A DNA stretch of 64,000 nucleotides from contig CALRNX020000003.1 in NCBI GenBank assembly GCA_943369665.1, positions 6,907 through 70,906 of the forward strand, in the 5' to 3' direction. The stretch is from Chitinophaga pinensis (GTDB lineage Bacteria > Bacteroidota > Bacteroidia > UKL13-3). A program made the translations under genes and the position numbers. The notes beneath the pieces were generated by a model, which had not been told where the DNA came from, made no database searches, and was given only the letters and a program-made list of their open reading frames with translations. Each line of letters begins with the position of its first letter. Position 1 is the first letter of the stretch. Positions 37,888 to 49,200 of the stretch are shown one piece after another.

Positions 37888-39687
37888 TTGAAAGCGCTCA
37901 AACACCTCAATAAGTATTTTTATAAGTATAGGCTTAGGTTTGTATTAGGAATTTTATTTGTTACAGCCTCCAATCTTTTTGCGGTTTTTCCGGCACAGTC
38001 GGTTCGCACAGCCATTGACCTTGTGCAACAGAATCTGGCAACCTATAAATTGTATGAAGGAACCAGCTTACAACCTGTGGTGTACAAACAGGTGGGGTAT
38101 ATTATTTTATACTTTGGAGTGCTCATCACCATTTTTGCCCTCATTAAAGGGTTTTTTATGTACCTGATGAGGCAAACGCTTATTGTTATGTCGAGGCATG
38201 TGGAGTATGATCTGAAGAATGAGATCTTCCAGCATTATCAGCAATTGCCCATGAGTTTTTACCGCCAAAACAATACGGGTGATCTGATGGCCCGCATATC
38301 TGAGGATGTGGGGCGTGTGCGGATGTACATTGGTCCGGCAGTTATGTACATGATCAATTTTACTGTAACGATTATCTTGGTTTTATGGGCCATGTTTTCG
38401 GTAAATGTTAAATTGTCCATTTGGGTGCTAATGCCATTGCCCATATTATCCTATGCAATTTTTAGGGTAAATACTACGATCAATAAACGTGGTGATGCCA
38501 TCCAGACTCAGTTATCCAAACTCACCACTTTTGTCCAGGAAACATTCTCCGGAATAAGGGTCATTAAAGCCTTTGCAGTAGAGCGCGATTCGCAAGAGGA
38601 TTTTGCAAAAGAAACCCAAACATATTATGATCGTTCGATGGATTTGGCAAGGGTAGATGCCTTATTCTTTCCATCAATGGTCTTTCTTACAGGCATGAGC
38701 AGTTTACTGACCGTTTTTATTGGCGGAATGATGGTGATTTCGGGAGAAGTTACAATTGGAAACATTGCTGAGTTTGTATTGTACGTGAATATGCTTACCT
38801 GGCCGGTTGCATCCTTAGGATTTACAACATCACTTATTCAACGGGCGGCTGTTTCACAACAGCGTATCAATGAGTTTTTGCAGACCCAACCCGAAATTGT
38901 TTCCCGTTCAACATCTGATAAAGGATTTCATCGTGAGATCGTTTTTAAAAAGGTAACATATACCTATCAGGGAAAAAATAGTCCGGCTTTAAAAAACATT
39001 TCGTTTGTACTTCCCAAAGGAAAAACCCTTGCAATACTTGGCTCTACCGGTTCGGGTAAGACAACACTTGTTCAACTATTGTTGCGCATGATGGATGTGC
39101 AATCGGGTAGTATTTTGATTGATGGTGAGAATATTAAGGATACCAATATGCATTATTTTAAACAGCAGATCGGGTATGCACCTCAGGATGTATTCATGTT
39201 TTCGGATAGCATTGCAAACAATATTTCCTTTGGATTGGCAGCTGATGTTTCGGATGTTGAAGAACGCATCCGGGAAGCGGCTGATGATGCAGCCTTAACC
39301 GATACGATCCAGAATTTTGCAGATGGGTTTCAAACATTGGTAGGGGAGCGCGGTATTACGTTATCGGGTGGGCAAAAACAGCGTGTATCGATTGCCCGAG
39401 CCTTAATTAAAAACCCGGAACTGCTTATTTTTGATGATTGTTTATCGGCTGTGGATACCAAAACTGAATCCATTATCCTATCGAACCTGAAAAGAATAAT
39501 GGCTCAAAAAACAGCTATTATCATTAGTCATCGTGTTTCTACAGTAAAGGATGCTGATTATATTTTGGTGTTAAATGAGGGCGAAATTGTGGAAGAGGGA
39601 ACCCATCAGCATTTGATGGAATTAAAAAGCAGGTATTTTAAACTGTATCAGAGTCAGTTGATTGAAGAGGTTTCTGTGGGTTCATAA
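37888..39687 (+). CDS. ABC transporter, fused permease/ATPase (MsbA-like exporter)
   Basis: 599 aa. Six-TM N-terminal half, Walker A GSTGSGKTT, signature LSGGQKQR, Walker B LLIFDD. The only in-frame start near the N-terminus is TTG at 37888. Confidence 0.9.
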   Translation: MKALKHLNKYFYKYRLRFVLGILFVTASNLFAVFPAQSVRTAIDLVQQNLATYKLYEGTSLQPVVYKQVGYIILYFGVLITIFALIKGFFMYLMRQTLIVMSRHVEYDLKNEIFQHYQQLPMSFYRQNNTGDLMARISEDVGRVRMYIGPAVMYMINFTVTIILVLWAMFSVNVKLSIWVLMPLPILSYAIFRVNTTINKRGDAIQTQLSKLTTFVQETFSGIRVIKAFAVERDSQEDFAKETQTYYDRSMDLARVDALFFPSMVFLTGMSSLLTVFIGGMMVISGEVTIGNIAEFVLYVNMLTWPVASLGFTTSLIQRAAVSQQRINEFLQTQPEIVSRSTSDKGFHREIVFKKVTYTYQGKNSPALKNISFVLPKGKTLAILGSTGSGKTTLVQLLLRMMDVQSGSILIDGENIKDTNMHYFKQQIGYAPQDVFMFSDSIANNISFGLAADVSDVEERIREAADDAALTDTIQNFADGFQTLVGERGITLSGGQKQRVSIARALIKNPELLIFDDCLSAVDTKTESIILSNLKRIMAQKTAIIISHRVSTVKDADYILVLNEGEIVEEGTHQHLMELKSRYFKLYQSQLIEEVSVGS

Positions 39688-39818
39688 TATTGTAGCCCGA
39701 TATTTGTTTAAACCGAGTTAAATGAACGTTTTTGTGACGAAAAAAAGATTTTGAAAAGCCAATCGCATCGGCTATTTTTCCCGAAATATTAACTTAGAAA
39801 AAAACATAGACAACCGAC

Positions 39819-40139
39819 ATGGAGGATTACAACAAAGATGACAGACAAGAGATCTATTCAAAAAAGATCAGAGCAGGAAAGCGGACGTATTTTTTTGATG
39901 TAAAAGCAACAAAAGGAAACGACTATTTTATTACCATTACCGAAAGCAAAAAACGTTTTGAAGATGGTAGCTTCGTGAAACATAAGATCTTTTTGTACAA
40001 AGAGGATTTTAATAAATTTACAGAAGCATTTACCGAAACGGTGAATTATGTAAAAACCACGTTGATGCCGGAATACAATTTCGAAGAATTTAGCCGTGAA
40101 AACTATGCTCACGACTCGGAAGAGAATGAAACAGCATAA
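39819..40139 (+). CDS. PUR-alpha-like nucleic-acid-binding protein (DUF3276)
   Basis: IYSKKIRAGKRTYFFDVKATKGNDYFITITESKK is the hallmark of the bacterial PUR-alpha/DUF3276 family. Confidence 0.8.
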   Translation: MEDYNKDDRQEIYSKKIRAGKRTYFFDVKATKGNDYFITITESKKRFEDGSFVKHKIFLYKEDFNKFTEAFTETVNYVKTTLMPEYNFEEFSRENYAHDSEENETA

Positions 40140-40184
40140 CTCAATAAACTATAATTAACAATTAAATAAAAACCTAAAACACAC

Positions 40185-41084
40185 ATGAAAAAACTAGTAA
40201 GATCATTTTTGATGCTTTCTGTAGCATCATTAGCTATTTTATCTTCTTGCTCTAAAGAGGATTCAAACGCTGACGTTACCGATGTAAAGGTAACAATTAC
40301 ACCTTCTGTTGCTAACCCATTGGAGGGAGATTCAATTACGATTACGATTACAGCGACAGGAAACGTAGACAATAAGTTAAAATCAATTTCAGTAACCAGA
40401 AATGATGGTAAAGTATTATTGTCGAAAAGTTTATCAGGAACAAGTGCAACTGAAACGGTGAAAGATCTTGTTGTTTCGGGTACGTATATCTATACAGCTG
40501 CATTAACTGGTGAAAAAGGTTCTCCTGCAACCGCTACAACTACCGTTGTAACACGCACAGCTCCAAAAGGATTGGATGTTTCAAATGCTACTCCATTGTT
40601 CGGACAGTCAAATGGTGCAGGTACCAACTCAAACTTTATTCAAGCTGAAGATCCATTTGCTGATTTTAGCACAAGTACATTTGCTGCCAATAAAGCGAGC
40701 GTTGATATTTGCTTTTTTTATGGAGAAACGAATAAAGCAACCTTAACCAGCCCTTCTGATGCTGTAATGCAAGGATTGTATAGTGGTTTAACCTGGACAG
40801 GAGCAAACACAACATCTCTATACAAAACTACTTTAACAGCTGCTCAATTTGATGCAATCGCTACCAGTGATAGTGATTCTCTTATTACTCAATTAGCTTC
40901 AACTGTTACTACTTGGACAACTTCTGCTAATCAACTTTCAGCAGGTAGTGTACTTTTATACAAAAGAGGAGCTGATGCAAAATTAGGTTTGATTAAAGTT
41001 GTAAGTTTGACTAGCAGTGATCCTGATTTGCCTATTTCATCAACAACGGCAGAGTTGAACATTGTTATTGCTGCACAAGAATAA
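40185..41084 (+). CDS. Lipoprotein with Ig-like N-terminal module, unknown function
   Basis: Lipobox LAILSSCSK. Thr/Ser-rich and beta-rich. No catalytic motif recognised. Confidence 0.65.
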   Translation: MKKLVRSFLMLSVASLAILSSCSKEDSNADVTDVKVTITPSVANPLEGDSITITITATGNVDNKLKSISVTRNDGKVLLSKSLSGTSATETVKDLVVSGTYIYTAALTGEKGSPATATTTVVTRTAPKGLDVSNATPLFGQSNGAGTNSNFIQAEDPFADFSTSTFAANKASVDICFFYGETNKATLTSPSDAVMQGLYSGLTWTGANTTSLYKTTLTAAQFDAIATSDSDSLITQLASTVTTWTTSANQLSAGSVLLYKRGADAKLGLIKVVSLTSSDPDLPISSTTAELNIVIAAQE

Positions 41085-41104
41085 TATTAAATAACAAATA
41101 CGAG

Positions 41105-41139
41105 AATCCCGGTCGGCAATTGTTGACCGGGATTTTTTA
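41105..41139 (+). terminator. Intrinsic terminator after the lipoprotein gene
   Basis: AATCCCGGTC-GGCAATTGTT-GACCGGGATT followed by TTTT. Confidence 0.8.
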
Positions 41140-41223
41140 TGCAGTTTAGTTTGCAAAGGGAAGGTTAATTAAGGCTTGTTAGGGTTATCCTATTACAAGA
41201 TACAATGACAATGGAATCCAAAG

Positions 41224-41260
41224 AAAAAGCCCATAACATCAATTGTTATGGGCTTTTTTG
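41224..41260. terminator. Hairpin terminator downstream of the Prc-like protease gene
   Basis: GCCCATAAC-ATCAATT-GTTATGGGC flanked by an A-run and a T-run, so it works on either strand. Confidence 0.75.
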
Positions 41261-41279
41261 TGATTCAAGGATTATCGTT

Positions 41280-43298
41280 TTACTTTTTTAACTGGATCAG
41301 GTCGGCTATAATTTGTTCGCTTTCTTCCAGAGTTAAGTCAGGTTTGTCGGTTGTATTTTTACGTTCCTGTTTTCGGGCTTCTTCTCTTTTCTTCTTAGCA
41401 GCGGCTTCTTTGTCGAGTATGGATTTATAGTTAGCTTCATTAAGCGACATATACCGTTGTTTATCATTTGCCTCTATCTCCCAGATGTCTTCCAGCAAGT
41501 ATTTGTATTCTGGGTCCGATTTCATCCGGTTGGTATGATTTGCAACAATTTGTACACGTAGTTGAGGAGTGACTTTTTGTGTTGATTCAACCAGCACGGC
41601 TTCAATCTGGTCCCAAGGAAGCGCATATGGGCTGGCATCTTCTCCGTATTTTTCAGAGGGGAACAGACTTGGAAGTTCAATATCGGGAGTAACGCCTTTG
41701 TGTTGGGTGCTTCCCCCGTTTACCCTGTAAAACTTAGCAATCGTTAGTTTCACCTGGCCGAGTTTTTTGTCGTTATACTGAATAAATTCATTCAGGTCAA
41801 CCATGTTTTGAACGGTTCCTTTTCCAAAGGTACGTTCTCCAACAATAATTCCCCTGTTGTAGTCCTGTATAGCTGCTGCAAAGATCTCAGATGCCGATGC
41901 GCTGAATTTATTGACCAACACCGTTAATGGACCATTATAGTAGATCGTTGTGTCATAATCATTTTCCACTTTTTTATTTCCATCGGCATATCTCACCTGA
42001 ACAACGGGGCCACTTTTAATAAACAAGCCGGTCAATTCAATTGCCTCTTGCAATGAGCCACCTCCATTGTTTCGCAAGTCGATCATCAATCCATCAATCT
42101 TTTGAAGTTTAAGCGAATCAATCAATCGTTTCACATCGCGTGTGGTACTCTTATAGTTGGGGTCGTGTTTAGCCGCAGCAGCGAAATCAATGTAAAAAGT
42201 TGGGATGCTGATGATCCCGATTTTTACTTTTTTTCCGTTACGGGTTATTTCTTTAATGCTGCTTTTGGCAGACTGATCTTCAAGGATAATCTTGTCGCGC
42301 ACCAGGTCGATCATTTTGGTCGTATTGGGCTCAGTGGCGGGTATTATTTGTAAACGCACTGCTGTCCCTTTTTTTCCTCTGATCAAACTTACCACGTCAT
42401 CCAGGCGCCAATCAATAATATTAACTACTTCGCTATCTTTACCCTGTGCTACACCAATAATTTTGTCACCTGCAAAAAGCAGTTTGCTTTTATCAGCCGG
42501 TCCACCCTTAATGATTTCGCGTATTTTAGTGTACTCGTTTTCTGTTTGCAGTTGTGCCCCGATCCCTTCAAGCGAAAGGCTCATGCTTTGCGTAAAGTCT
42601 TCGGCTGTGCGTGGTGAAAAATAATTTGTATGCGGATCTGTAGTTTCCAACAGTGCATTCATAAACAGTTGAAAGGCATCTTCACTTTTTGTTTTTCCCG
42701 AAAACTTTAAAAGGGTTTCATAACGTTTCTTTACGTCTTCCAAATATTTATTTGAAGAATCAGGCTTGCCTGCTTTTGTTGCCAGGCATTCATATTTAAT
42801 TTTGGATCTCCAAAGCCTGTCATATTCTGAATAGTTTTTTGAAAAATCGGCTTTTTCCCTGTCTGTTTCAAAAGAGTCGGTTTCGTTAAAGTTGATAGGT
42901 GTTTTAAGCAAGCCCAATGCATATTGAATGCGCTCGTTCAACCGTTCCTGGTAGGTGTTAAAAATAACAAAAGCCGGTTTGATATCTCCGCTAAAAATAC
43001 CATCATCCAGCGAGTGCTTGTATTTCTGAAAGTTGTCGATATCCGACTGAAGGAAGTAAACTTTAGAAGGGTCTAAGGTTTCAATATAATTGTTCAGTCC
43101 CTTTTCTGAGAAGGCATCATTTATCTGTGGTTTGGAATAATGATATGTTGCCACAAATTGCAATGCCGTTTGGTATATTACTTTCTGTTGCTCGCTTGGA
43201 CTGAATTTTTTGACTGTTGTGCTGTCGTTGCCCGCACAGGCGGTATTACCGGCCAATACCAGCAATATATATATCGCGCTAATCGTTTTTTTGATCAT
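41280..43298 (-). CDS. Carboxy-terminal processing (tail-specific) protease, S41 family
   Basis: 672 aa. PDZ-containing. S41 blocks DLRNNGGGSL, SASASEIFAAA (Ser) and GERTFGKGTVQ (Lys). Charged coiled C-terminal tail. Confidence 0.9.
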   Translation of the reverse strand: MIKKTISAIYILLVLAGNTACAGNDSTTVKKFSPSEQQKVIYQTALQFVATYHYSKPQINDAFSEKGLNNYIETLDPSKVYFLQSDIDNFQKYKHSLDDGIFSGDIKPAFVIFNTYQERLNERIQYALGLLKTPINFNETDSFETDREKADFSKNYSEYDRLWRSKIKYECLATKAGKPDSSNKYLEDVKKRYETLLKFSGKTKSEDAFQLFMNALLETTDPHTNYFSPRTAEDFTQSMSLSLEGIGAQLQTENEYTKIREIIKGGPADKSKLLFAGDKIIGVAQGKDSEVVNIIDWRLDDVVSLIRGKKGTAVRLQIIPATEPNTTKMIDLVRDKIILEDQSAKSSIKEITRNGKKVKIGIISIPTFYIDFAAAAKHDPNYKSTTRDVKRLIDSLKLQKIDGLMIDLRNNGGGSLQEAIELTGLFIKSGPVVQVRYADGNKKVENDYDTTIYYNGPLTVLVNKFSASASEIFAAAIQDYNRGIIVGERTFGKGTVQNMVDLNEFIQYNDKKLGQVKLTIAKFYRVNGGSTQHKGVTPDIELPSLFPSEKYGEDASPYALPWDQIEAVLVESTQKVTPQLRVQIVANHTNRMKSDPEYKYLLEDIWEIEANDKQRYMSLNEANYKSILDKEAAAKKKREEARKQERKNTTDKPDLTLEESEQIIADLIQLKK

Positions 43299-43327
43299 AT
43301 GAAAAGGGAAGGTGCTGCTAAAATGGC

Positions 43328-45181
43328 TTAATGTTTAATAATAATCTTACGTGAATCGATTCGTTCTCCATTTACGGTAAGACTGTAAAAATAAAGCCCG
43401 TTGGGAATGGCATATGTATCTATCGATTCATGTTGCAGTCCAGCGGGAATATTGTTTTTGTTAATTTGCATGATTTCTTTTCCGGTAATATCCATTAAGC
43501 TGATGCTGATGTTCGCATTTTGAATCAATTGGAAAGGAATTGTCAGTTCTGTGTTTGCCGGATTTGGATACGCAGCAAATACATGGTTTTTTGCTTTTAC
43601 AGCCAACTCATTTGTTCCGGTATTGTATCCCGCAAATTGAATGGTGTAATATCCTTCCGGAGCGGTAATGGGTTTGGTAGCAATTTTTCCATTATTGGTA
43701 ATAGCTTCCAGATAATAGTCGATTGTATCACTGGTTGTTAAAGCACCAGGAACGATATTTCCTCTGAATATACCTGTGCTATCCATTGTTAGATGCGCTG
43801 GGTTCCAAATATTCGATCCTCTTTTTCTCCAGATACAAGTAGCAACTGCAATACCACTGCGGTTGGTAATTTTAGCTTCAATAGGAAAGGAAGGAGCAAT
43901 TGCCCCGTAACCATCAATACTTGGGTGCCAGAATAATACTGGGTTGTCGGCAGGTATTTGCATGGTGATACAGTGAATAGAACCTCCAGCCGGAGATGCT
44001 GCTCTGGCATCAATCGGGATCACTTTGTACCCTGGCATATGTTTTTGGAACAAAGCCGTTGCGTCTTTGGTTTGTTGTTTATTGCCATTTACATCGTTTG
44101 AATATGATGGATACAAATAAGTTTTGTTGAGTGTGATTCCGTTTACAAATGTTCTGGCATCGGCATCTATTTGATTGCAGGTTTTACGCGTGATCGTACC
44201 ATTATCATTGGTAGGCATCGGAACCCTGATAATTCGGAAAGGCCTGTTATATGTTGTTTTCAGCGTGGTGAGGTATTGGTAATTGTCTTCGATGATTTTT
44301 TTATCCTGAGCTGTAACAACTGATGGATATTCCATGACAAACAGGGTTTGTTCGTCAACAAGTTTTGTATATAGATCAATATGACCTGTTCCGCCATCAC
44401 ACTCCAAAGTTCTGAGATTAATAGGATGACTGGCCCCAAAAAGTTTTGAAAGAGAGTCAATCGTTTGAGTGCTGTCCCAGCCATTAATAACACTATTGGC
44501 CTGATCCATTACATTGCTGAAAAACACGCGTCCAAATCCGTCTGCCATTAAATTACCACCTTCTCCATTAAGTGTAGTTTCATAATTAGGAATGCCCATT
44601 GCCGCAGCAAGTGTTTTTGGAAAATCGTTATCAAAGTTCCTGCCTTCATAGTATTTTAAATCAATAAAAGCCAAACTATCCTTATCTCCCCAGTATATAC
44701 CATTAGGTCCATAATCGCGCATCCACCAATCGTCACCGGTGGTCACAAAAAAACGGTAGTTTTGAGTAAGTGGCCAACCAAGCGTATTCATCTTTCCCAA
44801 AATACGAAGTGAATCGCTGGCAAATGGAATACGTATCCAAACGGGAAGTTCATCTGAAATATACTTAGCCAATTGTGCTGAGATAAAACCATATTCTGAG
44901 GTCGTATCTACTCCTGTGATATTTCCATTATTATCATAATCGCAGCTCCAAGAAATGCATACTGCTTGTGATTCTTCGAACTCACCCGGATAACGGATAT
45001 TGGTTGGTAATGAAATGTCGGCTTTACCGAAAACAGGAGGGTTGTTCACTTTCCTGTTTTGTAACATCAGTTCCCGCTCTTTTTCGGTTCGGTATGCCGG
45101 TAATTTATATTGAGTGTTTTGCGCAACTACAGTTGTTCCCAAACACAAAATGATGATCAAAAAATTAAATAGTTTATTCAT
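43328..45181 (-). CDS. Secreted agmatine/peptidyl-arginine deiminase-family protein with T9SS C-terminal sorting domain
   Basis: Signal peptide. Guanidino-modifying fold blocks WMRDYGP, GEGGNLMADG and catalytic-Cys block GGSIHCITMQ. The C-terminus AYPNPANTELTI...NGLYFYSLTVNGERIDSRKIIIKH is a T9SS CTD. Confidence 0.82.
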   Translation of the reverse strand: MNKLFNFLIIILCLGTTVVAQNTQYKLPAYRTEKERELMLQNRKVNNPPVFGKADISLPTNIRYPGEFEESQAVCISWSCDYDNNGNITGVDTTSEYGFISAQLAKYISDELPVWIRIPFASDSLRILGKMNTLGWPLTQNYRFFVTTGDDWWMRDYGPNGIYWGDKDSLAFIDLKYYEGRNFDNDFPKTLAAAMGIPNYETTLNGEGGNLMADGFGRVFFSNVMDQANSVINGWDSTQTIDSLSKLFGASHPINLRTLECDGGTGHIDLYTKLVDEQTLFVMEYPSVVTAQDKKIIEDNYQYLTTLKTTYNRPFRIIRVPMPTNDNGTITRKTCNQIDADARTFVNGITLNKTYLYPSYSNDVNGNKQQTKDATALFQKHMPGYKVIPIDARAASPAGGSIHCITMQIPADNPVLFWHPSIDGYGAIAPSFPIEAKITNRSGIAVATCIWRKRGSNIWNPAHLTMDSTGIFRGNIVPGALTTSDTIDYYLEAITNNGKIATKPITAPEGYYTIQFAGYNTGTNELAVKAKNHVFAAYPNPANTELTIPFQLIQNANISISLMDITGKEIMQINKNNIPAGLQHESIDTYAIPNGLYFYSLTVNGERIDSRKIIIKH

Positions 45182-45276
45182 AATAGTGCTATATGTTTTT
45201 AGTAGAAAGCAACTTCGGATAAAGTTGTTTGTAAAACAATTTTCTTTTGATAAAGGGTGTAAAAATGAGGCGAACG

Positions 45277-46233
45277 TTACTTTTTTAACCCTATTTCGCG
45301 CAATCTTTCATCCAAATATTCTCCAGCACTAATGGGTGGGTAATGAATATTGTGTTCGGAACTGATGCATGATGGCAGGCAGTCCAACCGCATTTCACTT
45401 ATGGGATGTAAAAAGAACGGAATTGAATAGCGGGGAGTGCTCCATTTTTCGCGTGGCGGATTTACCACTCTGTGGGTAGTGGATTTTAGTTTATTGTTTG
45501 TATGGCGTTGCAACATATCGCCCACGTTCACTACTAATTGTTCAGGTAATGCTGTCACATTAACCCACTCGCCTTGTTTGCTGAGTACTTGCAAACCATC
45601 GGCCGATGCTCCCATTAGCAATGTGATCAAATTAATGTCTTCATGTTCGGCTGCTCTTACCGCACTTTTAGGTTCATGGGTAATGGGAGGGTAATGAATA
45701 GGACGTAAAATGCTGTTCCCATTATGGATTTTTGCATCAAAGTAGAATTCATCCAAACCTAAATACAATGCAATGGCACGCAACATGTATTTGCCGGTTT
45801 CTTCCAATGCTTTATAGGTTTGTTTACCAACGATATTAAAGTTTGGTAGTTCAACCACATCAATATTCTGTGGGTATGTTTCTGCTATGGCATCTCCATC
45901 TTCAACATATTGACCAAAATGCCAAAACTCTTTGAGGTCACCTTCGCTTTTTCCTTTTGCATGTTCTTTGCCAAAGGATGTATAGCCACGTTGCCCGGCA
46001 AGGTCGGGGATCTCATAACGTGTTTTGGTTTCTTGTGGAAGTTGAAAAAACTTTTCTACTTCTGCATATAGTTTTGTTGAAAGTTCATCAGAAAGAAGAT
46101 GGCCTTTGATGGCCACAAATCCAACATCTTCGTATGCTTTACCCAGTTGTTGCACAAATGAATTTTTTCGATTAGGATCTCCTGATAAGAAGTCGGCCAG
46201 GTCAACGCTTGGAATACCTATGGTACTGTTCAT
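45277..46233 (-). CDS. 2-oxoglutarate/Fe(II)-dependent oxygenase (isopenicillin-N-synthase-like)
   Basis: 318 aa. HxD in AAEHEDINLITLL. Distal His/Arg in KSTTHRVVNP...RYSIPFF. Confidence 0.82.
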   Translation of the reverse strand: MNSTIGIPSVDLADFLSGDPNRKNSFVQQLGKAYEDVGFVAIKGHLLSDELSTKLYAEVEKFFQLPQETKTRYEIPDLAGQRGYTSFGKEHAKGKSEGDLKEFWHFGQYVEDGDAIAETYPQNIDVVELPNFNIVGKQTYKALEETGKYMLRAIALYLGLDEFYFDAKIHNGNSILRPIHYPPITHEPKSAVRAAEHEDINLITLLMGASADGLQVLSKQGEWVNVTALPEQLVVNVGDMLQRHTNNKLKSTTHRVVNPPREKWSTPRYSIPFFLHPISEMRLDCLPSCISSEHNIHYPPISAGEYLDERLREIGLKK

Positions 46234-46273
46234 GATTGGTATTAATTTAAAAATCGAAAATAATTAAAAGAGT

Positions 46274-49200
46274 TTAATTGTTGGGAATAATAATCTGTTT
46301 CTGCTTTTTTCGGAGTAGTTCGCTAAAGGAATCAAATTCCTTACGGTAATATAAACCAACTCCTTGGCTATTTACGTTTTGGGTGTATCCTGTATTGATC
46401 ACACTTTTGGCACTACGGTTAAACCCGATCAGTTTTAAATTTCCATCGGGTCGTAAGTTATATTGTCCTGTAATATTGCTGGTTCCCGTATTCAACATGT
46501 CAATACTGGCCCGCAATTCGAATTTGTCATTTAAAAATCTTTTAGAGGCTGAAAAATAGGCTTGTGCACCTGCACCTGCTTTTTCATCAGGGAGCCGATA
46601 ATCGGTACTTACATTCAGTCCGGGTGCGACCTTCCCCAAGATGCTATTGGTTTGCGCAGATATAAGTGATGACAAGGTATTGTTAATTTCGGAAGCAATG
46701 TCCGGGTTTTGCTGTGTTACACCTTGCATGGAAACAAAAGTGTTGAATAACATTAAACTGACAACTTGTTGTTGCATGAGATCGGGTTCATTGCGCAACC
46801 TGCGCAGCGTATTTTCCAATGCCGATGCATTATTTCCCAGCAAGGCGTTATTGTTATCAGGAAAATTAAGATCAAATCCAATTTCGGGTGCTGTTAGATA
46901 TCCTTTTAAATTTAAGAGACATTCAACGGCAACAAGTTTTCTGGTGGAATCGGAAGAGGGAAGAAGTTTAGATACATCGGCACTCCGTATTTTATAAAGG
47001 CCCTGGATATTCATTTTTGCCTGTAACGGATCCCCGGTCCAAATGATAGATCCACCGCGTTTAAGGGTGAACTTCCTGGTAAAAATATCAATGGCTGTAA
47101 ATTTATATTCTCCATCTTCAATGGTAACATCACCATAAATGTTGAAATTCCCCTGCTTGGTGAGCTCCATCTGAAGGGCTCCTTGTCCTGTACCGATTAT
47201 TTTATCATCCTGGGTCTCATCAAATACGAGTTGAATCTGTGCATCAGGCGTAATGGTTACAAACATGTTCATTCTAAACCCGATCAGGCTTGATTTATCC
47301 TGCATGTTCACAGACTTAAGTGTTGTGTCTTTGTTTACAAAATTGAGCAAGGCATCTCCATCTTCATCCTGGCTTTCGCTGAGTGGAATGTTGAAAACAG
47401 TTCCTTTTGTACTTTTTAAAGTTGCCTCCAACATCAGATCGTCTTGAGGGCCGGTTATGCTCAGTTTTCCTGTTGCATATGCTTTTCCGTAAAAAAGGGT
47501 ATTATCCTTTGAAGTTGTATTTAATACTTGAAATCCATTCAACTCATTCAGTTGAATATTATACATGAAATTAGAAAAGTATTGATGCGAAATGGATCCG
47601 CTTACTTTTGCCTTTTTTCCATAAATATCCGTTACCTGAAAAGGATTAATATTGATGGTGTTTTGGGTAAATCCAATTGTTGTATTAAACGCATATACGG
47701 TTTTTAAATATTCTATCCTTGCAAGCACCTGGTTCAAATGGATATCTCCGTCAACCACAAGTTTATTGACAGTTCCGGTTAGTTTACATTTTGCGGAAAC
47801 CCTACCATAAAAAATGGTTGCATCCTCCTTGATAAATGCCTGAAAGCTGCGAAGGTCACTTTCGGCAAATGCTAAGTTGAAATTAACTTCGTATGGCGAT
47901 TTTCGCGTATCGATATAACCACCCAGTTCTAAATTTTTAAGCTGTCCCGCTGTCGATTTAACAACACTTACAAAACGTTTCTGTTGCTCATCGTAATTGC
48001 TTGCAATTGTGAAGTTCCCGATAGAATCATTGTCCAATACAACCGTATCGAGAGCCAGCGATGTATTGATCATAAAATTATGATGATTGCCTTGCAGTGT
48101 TATTTCTCCATTCGCCTCTCCTCTGATCTTAATATTCGATTTCTGAAAAATGAGATTGATGATACTGAGGTGAACATTATCAAGATTTGCCGTAAAATGA
48201 TAATCTTTCTGTGGAGCGTAAAATCCATTCAGTGCTATATGCTCTTGATCATGAAAAAGGTTGAGATTGGTGATTGAGAACTGGTTGGTTGCTTTCGAAT
48301 ACAAGATGTTTGCGTTGTTGCCAATTTGGATCTGTTTGTGTTTATAGGTTATCTGCGATGAATCAAATTTGGTGAGGATTGTTTGATCGGAAAACAGTGT
48401 GTTGGCAAAAAGAGTCGTTTGAATAAAGCCTAAAGTATCGGCAACTAAAAAGGTTGAATTGATCTCATTTTTGTTGAGGTAGGATTGAATCGAAATTTTT
48501 TGTGCCAACATCGTGTCCCTGTTGGATAAGGTTCCAATGGCCAGCGAAATAGTTCCATTTCCTCTTTCAATGGATTCTTGAGTTGAAATCTGATTTAAAG
48601 TATAGTCGTTGTAACTTAACGCTTCTATTTCTCCTTCAATATTAAATGAGTTGTTGGTATTGTTCAGTCCTCCCTTAAAATTGGCTCCGGCAATATTAAC
48701 TGAAGGGAAAAACAGATCGGAAAGTACCCGGGTATCAATAATGTCTATTTTAAAGGTGAAGTTTTCTGTTGACTGGTTGGGTAACGTAATGGGGTGGAAA
48801 TAGTCGGGAGCGGCCTGGAAACAGATGTTTTTAAAGGATGACCACATTGACGAAAATACATATTGTCCCTGTATTTGTGCCGATAACATATCACTTGTAA
48901 TGGCGATACTTTTTTTGTTTCCGTTGATGGTAGATTTAAGACGGATATTTTCGATGGGATAATCAATCCCGTTTTTAATAAACAGGATTTTGTTCAGGTT
49001 AATTTCACCTTCATTATTGTCGATATTCTGAATAGAGAAATCGATATCGATCTTGGTAGATAATACCATATTGGACGTATCAAAATGCAATGCTTTTAAA
49101 TCGGCATAATCCACGGTTGCTTTAAACTTGTATAACGGAATTTCCTTGTTAAGGTCAATGGTTCCGTCAAAGTGTACTTCGGCATTTTCATCGTTCATAT

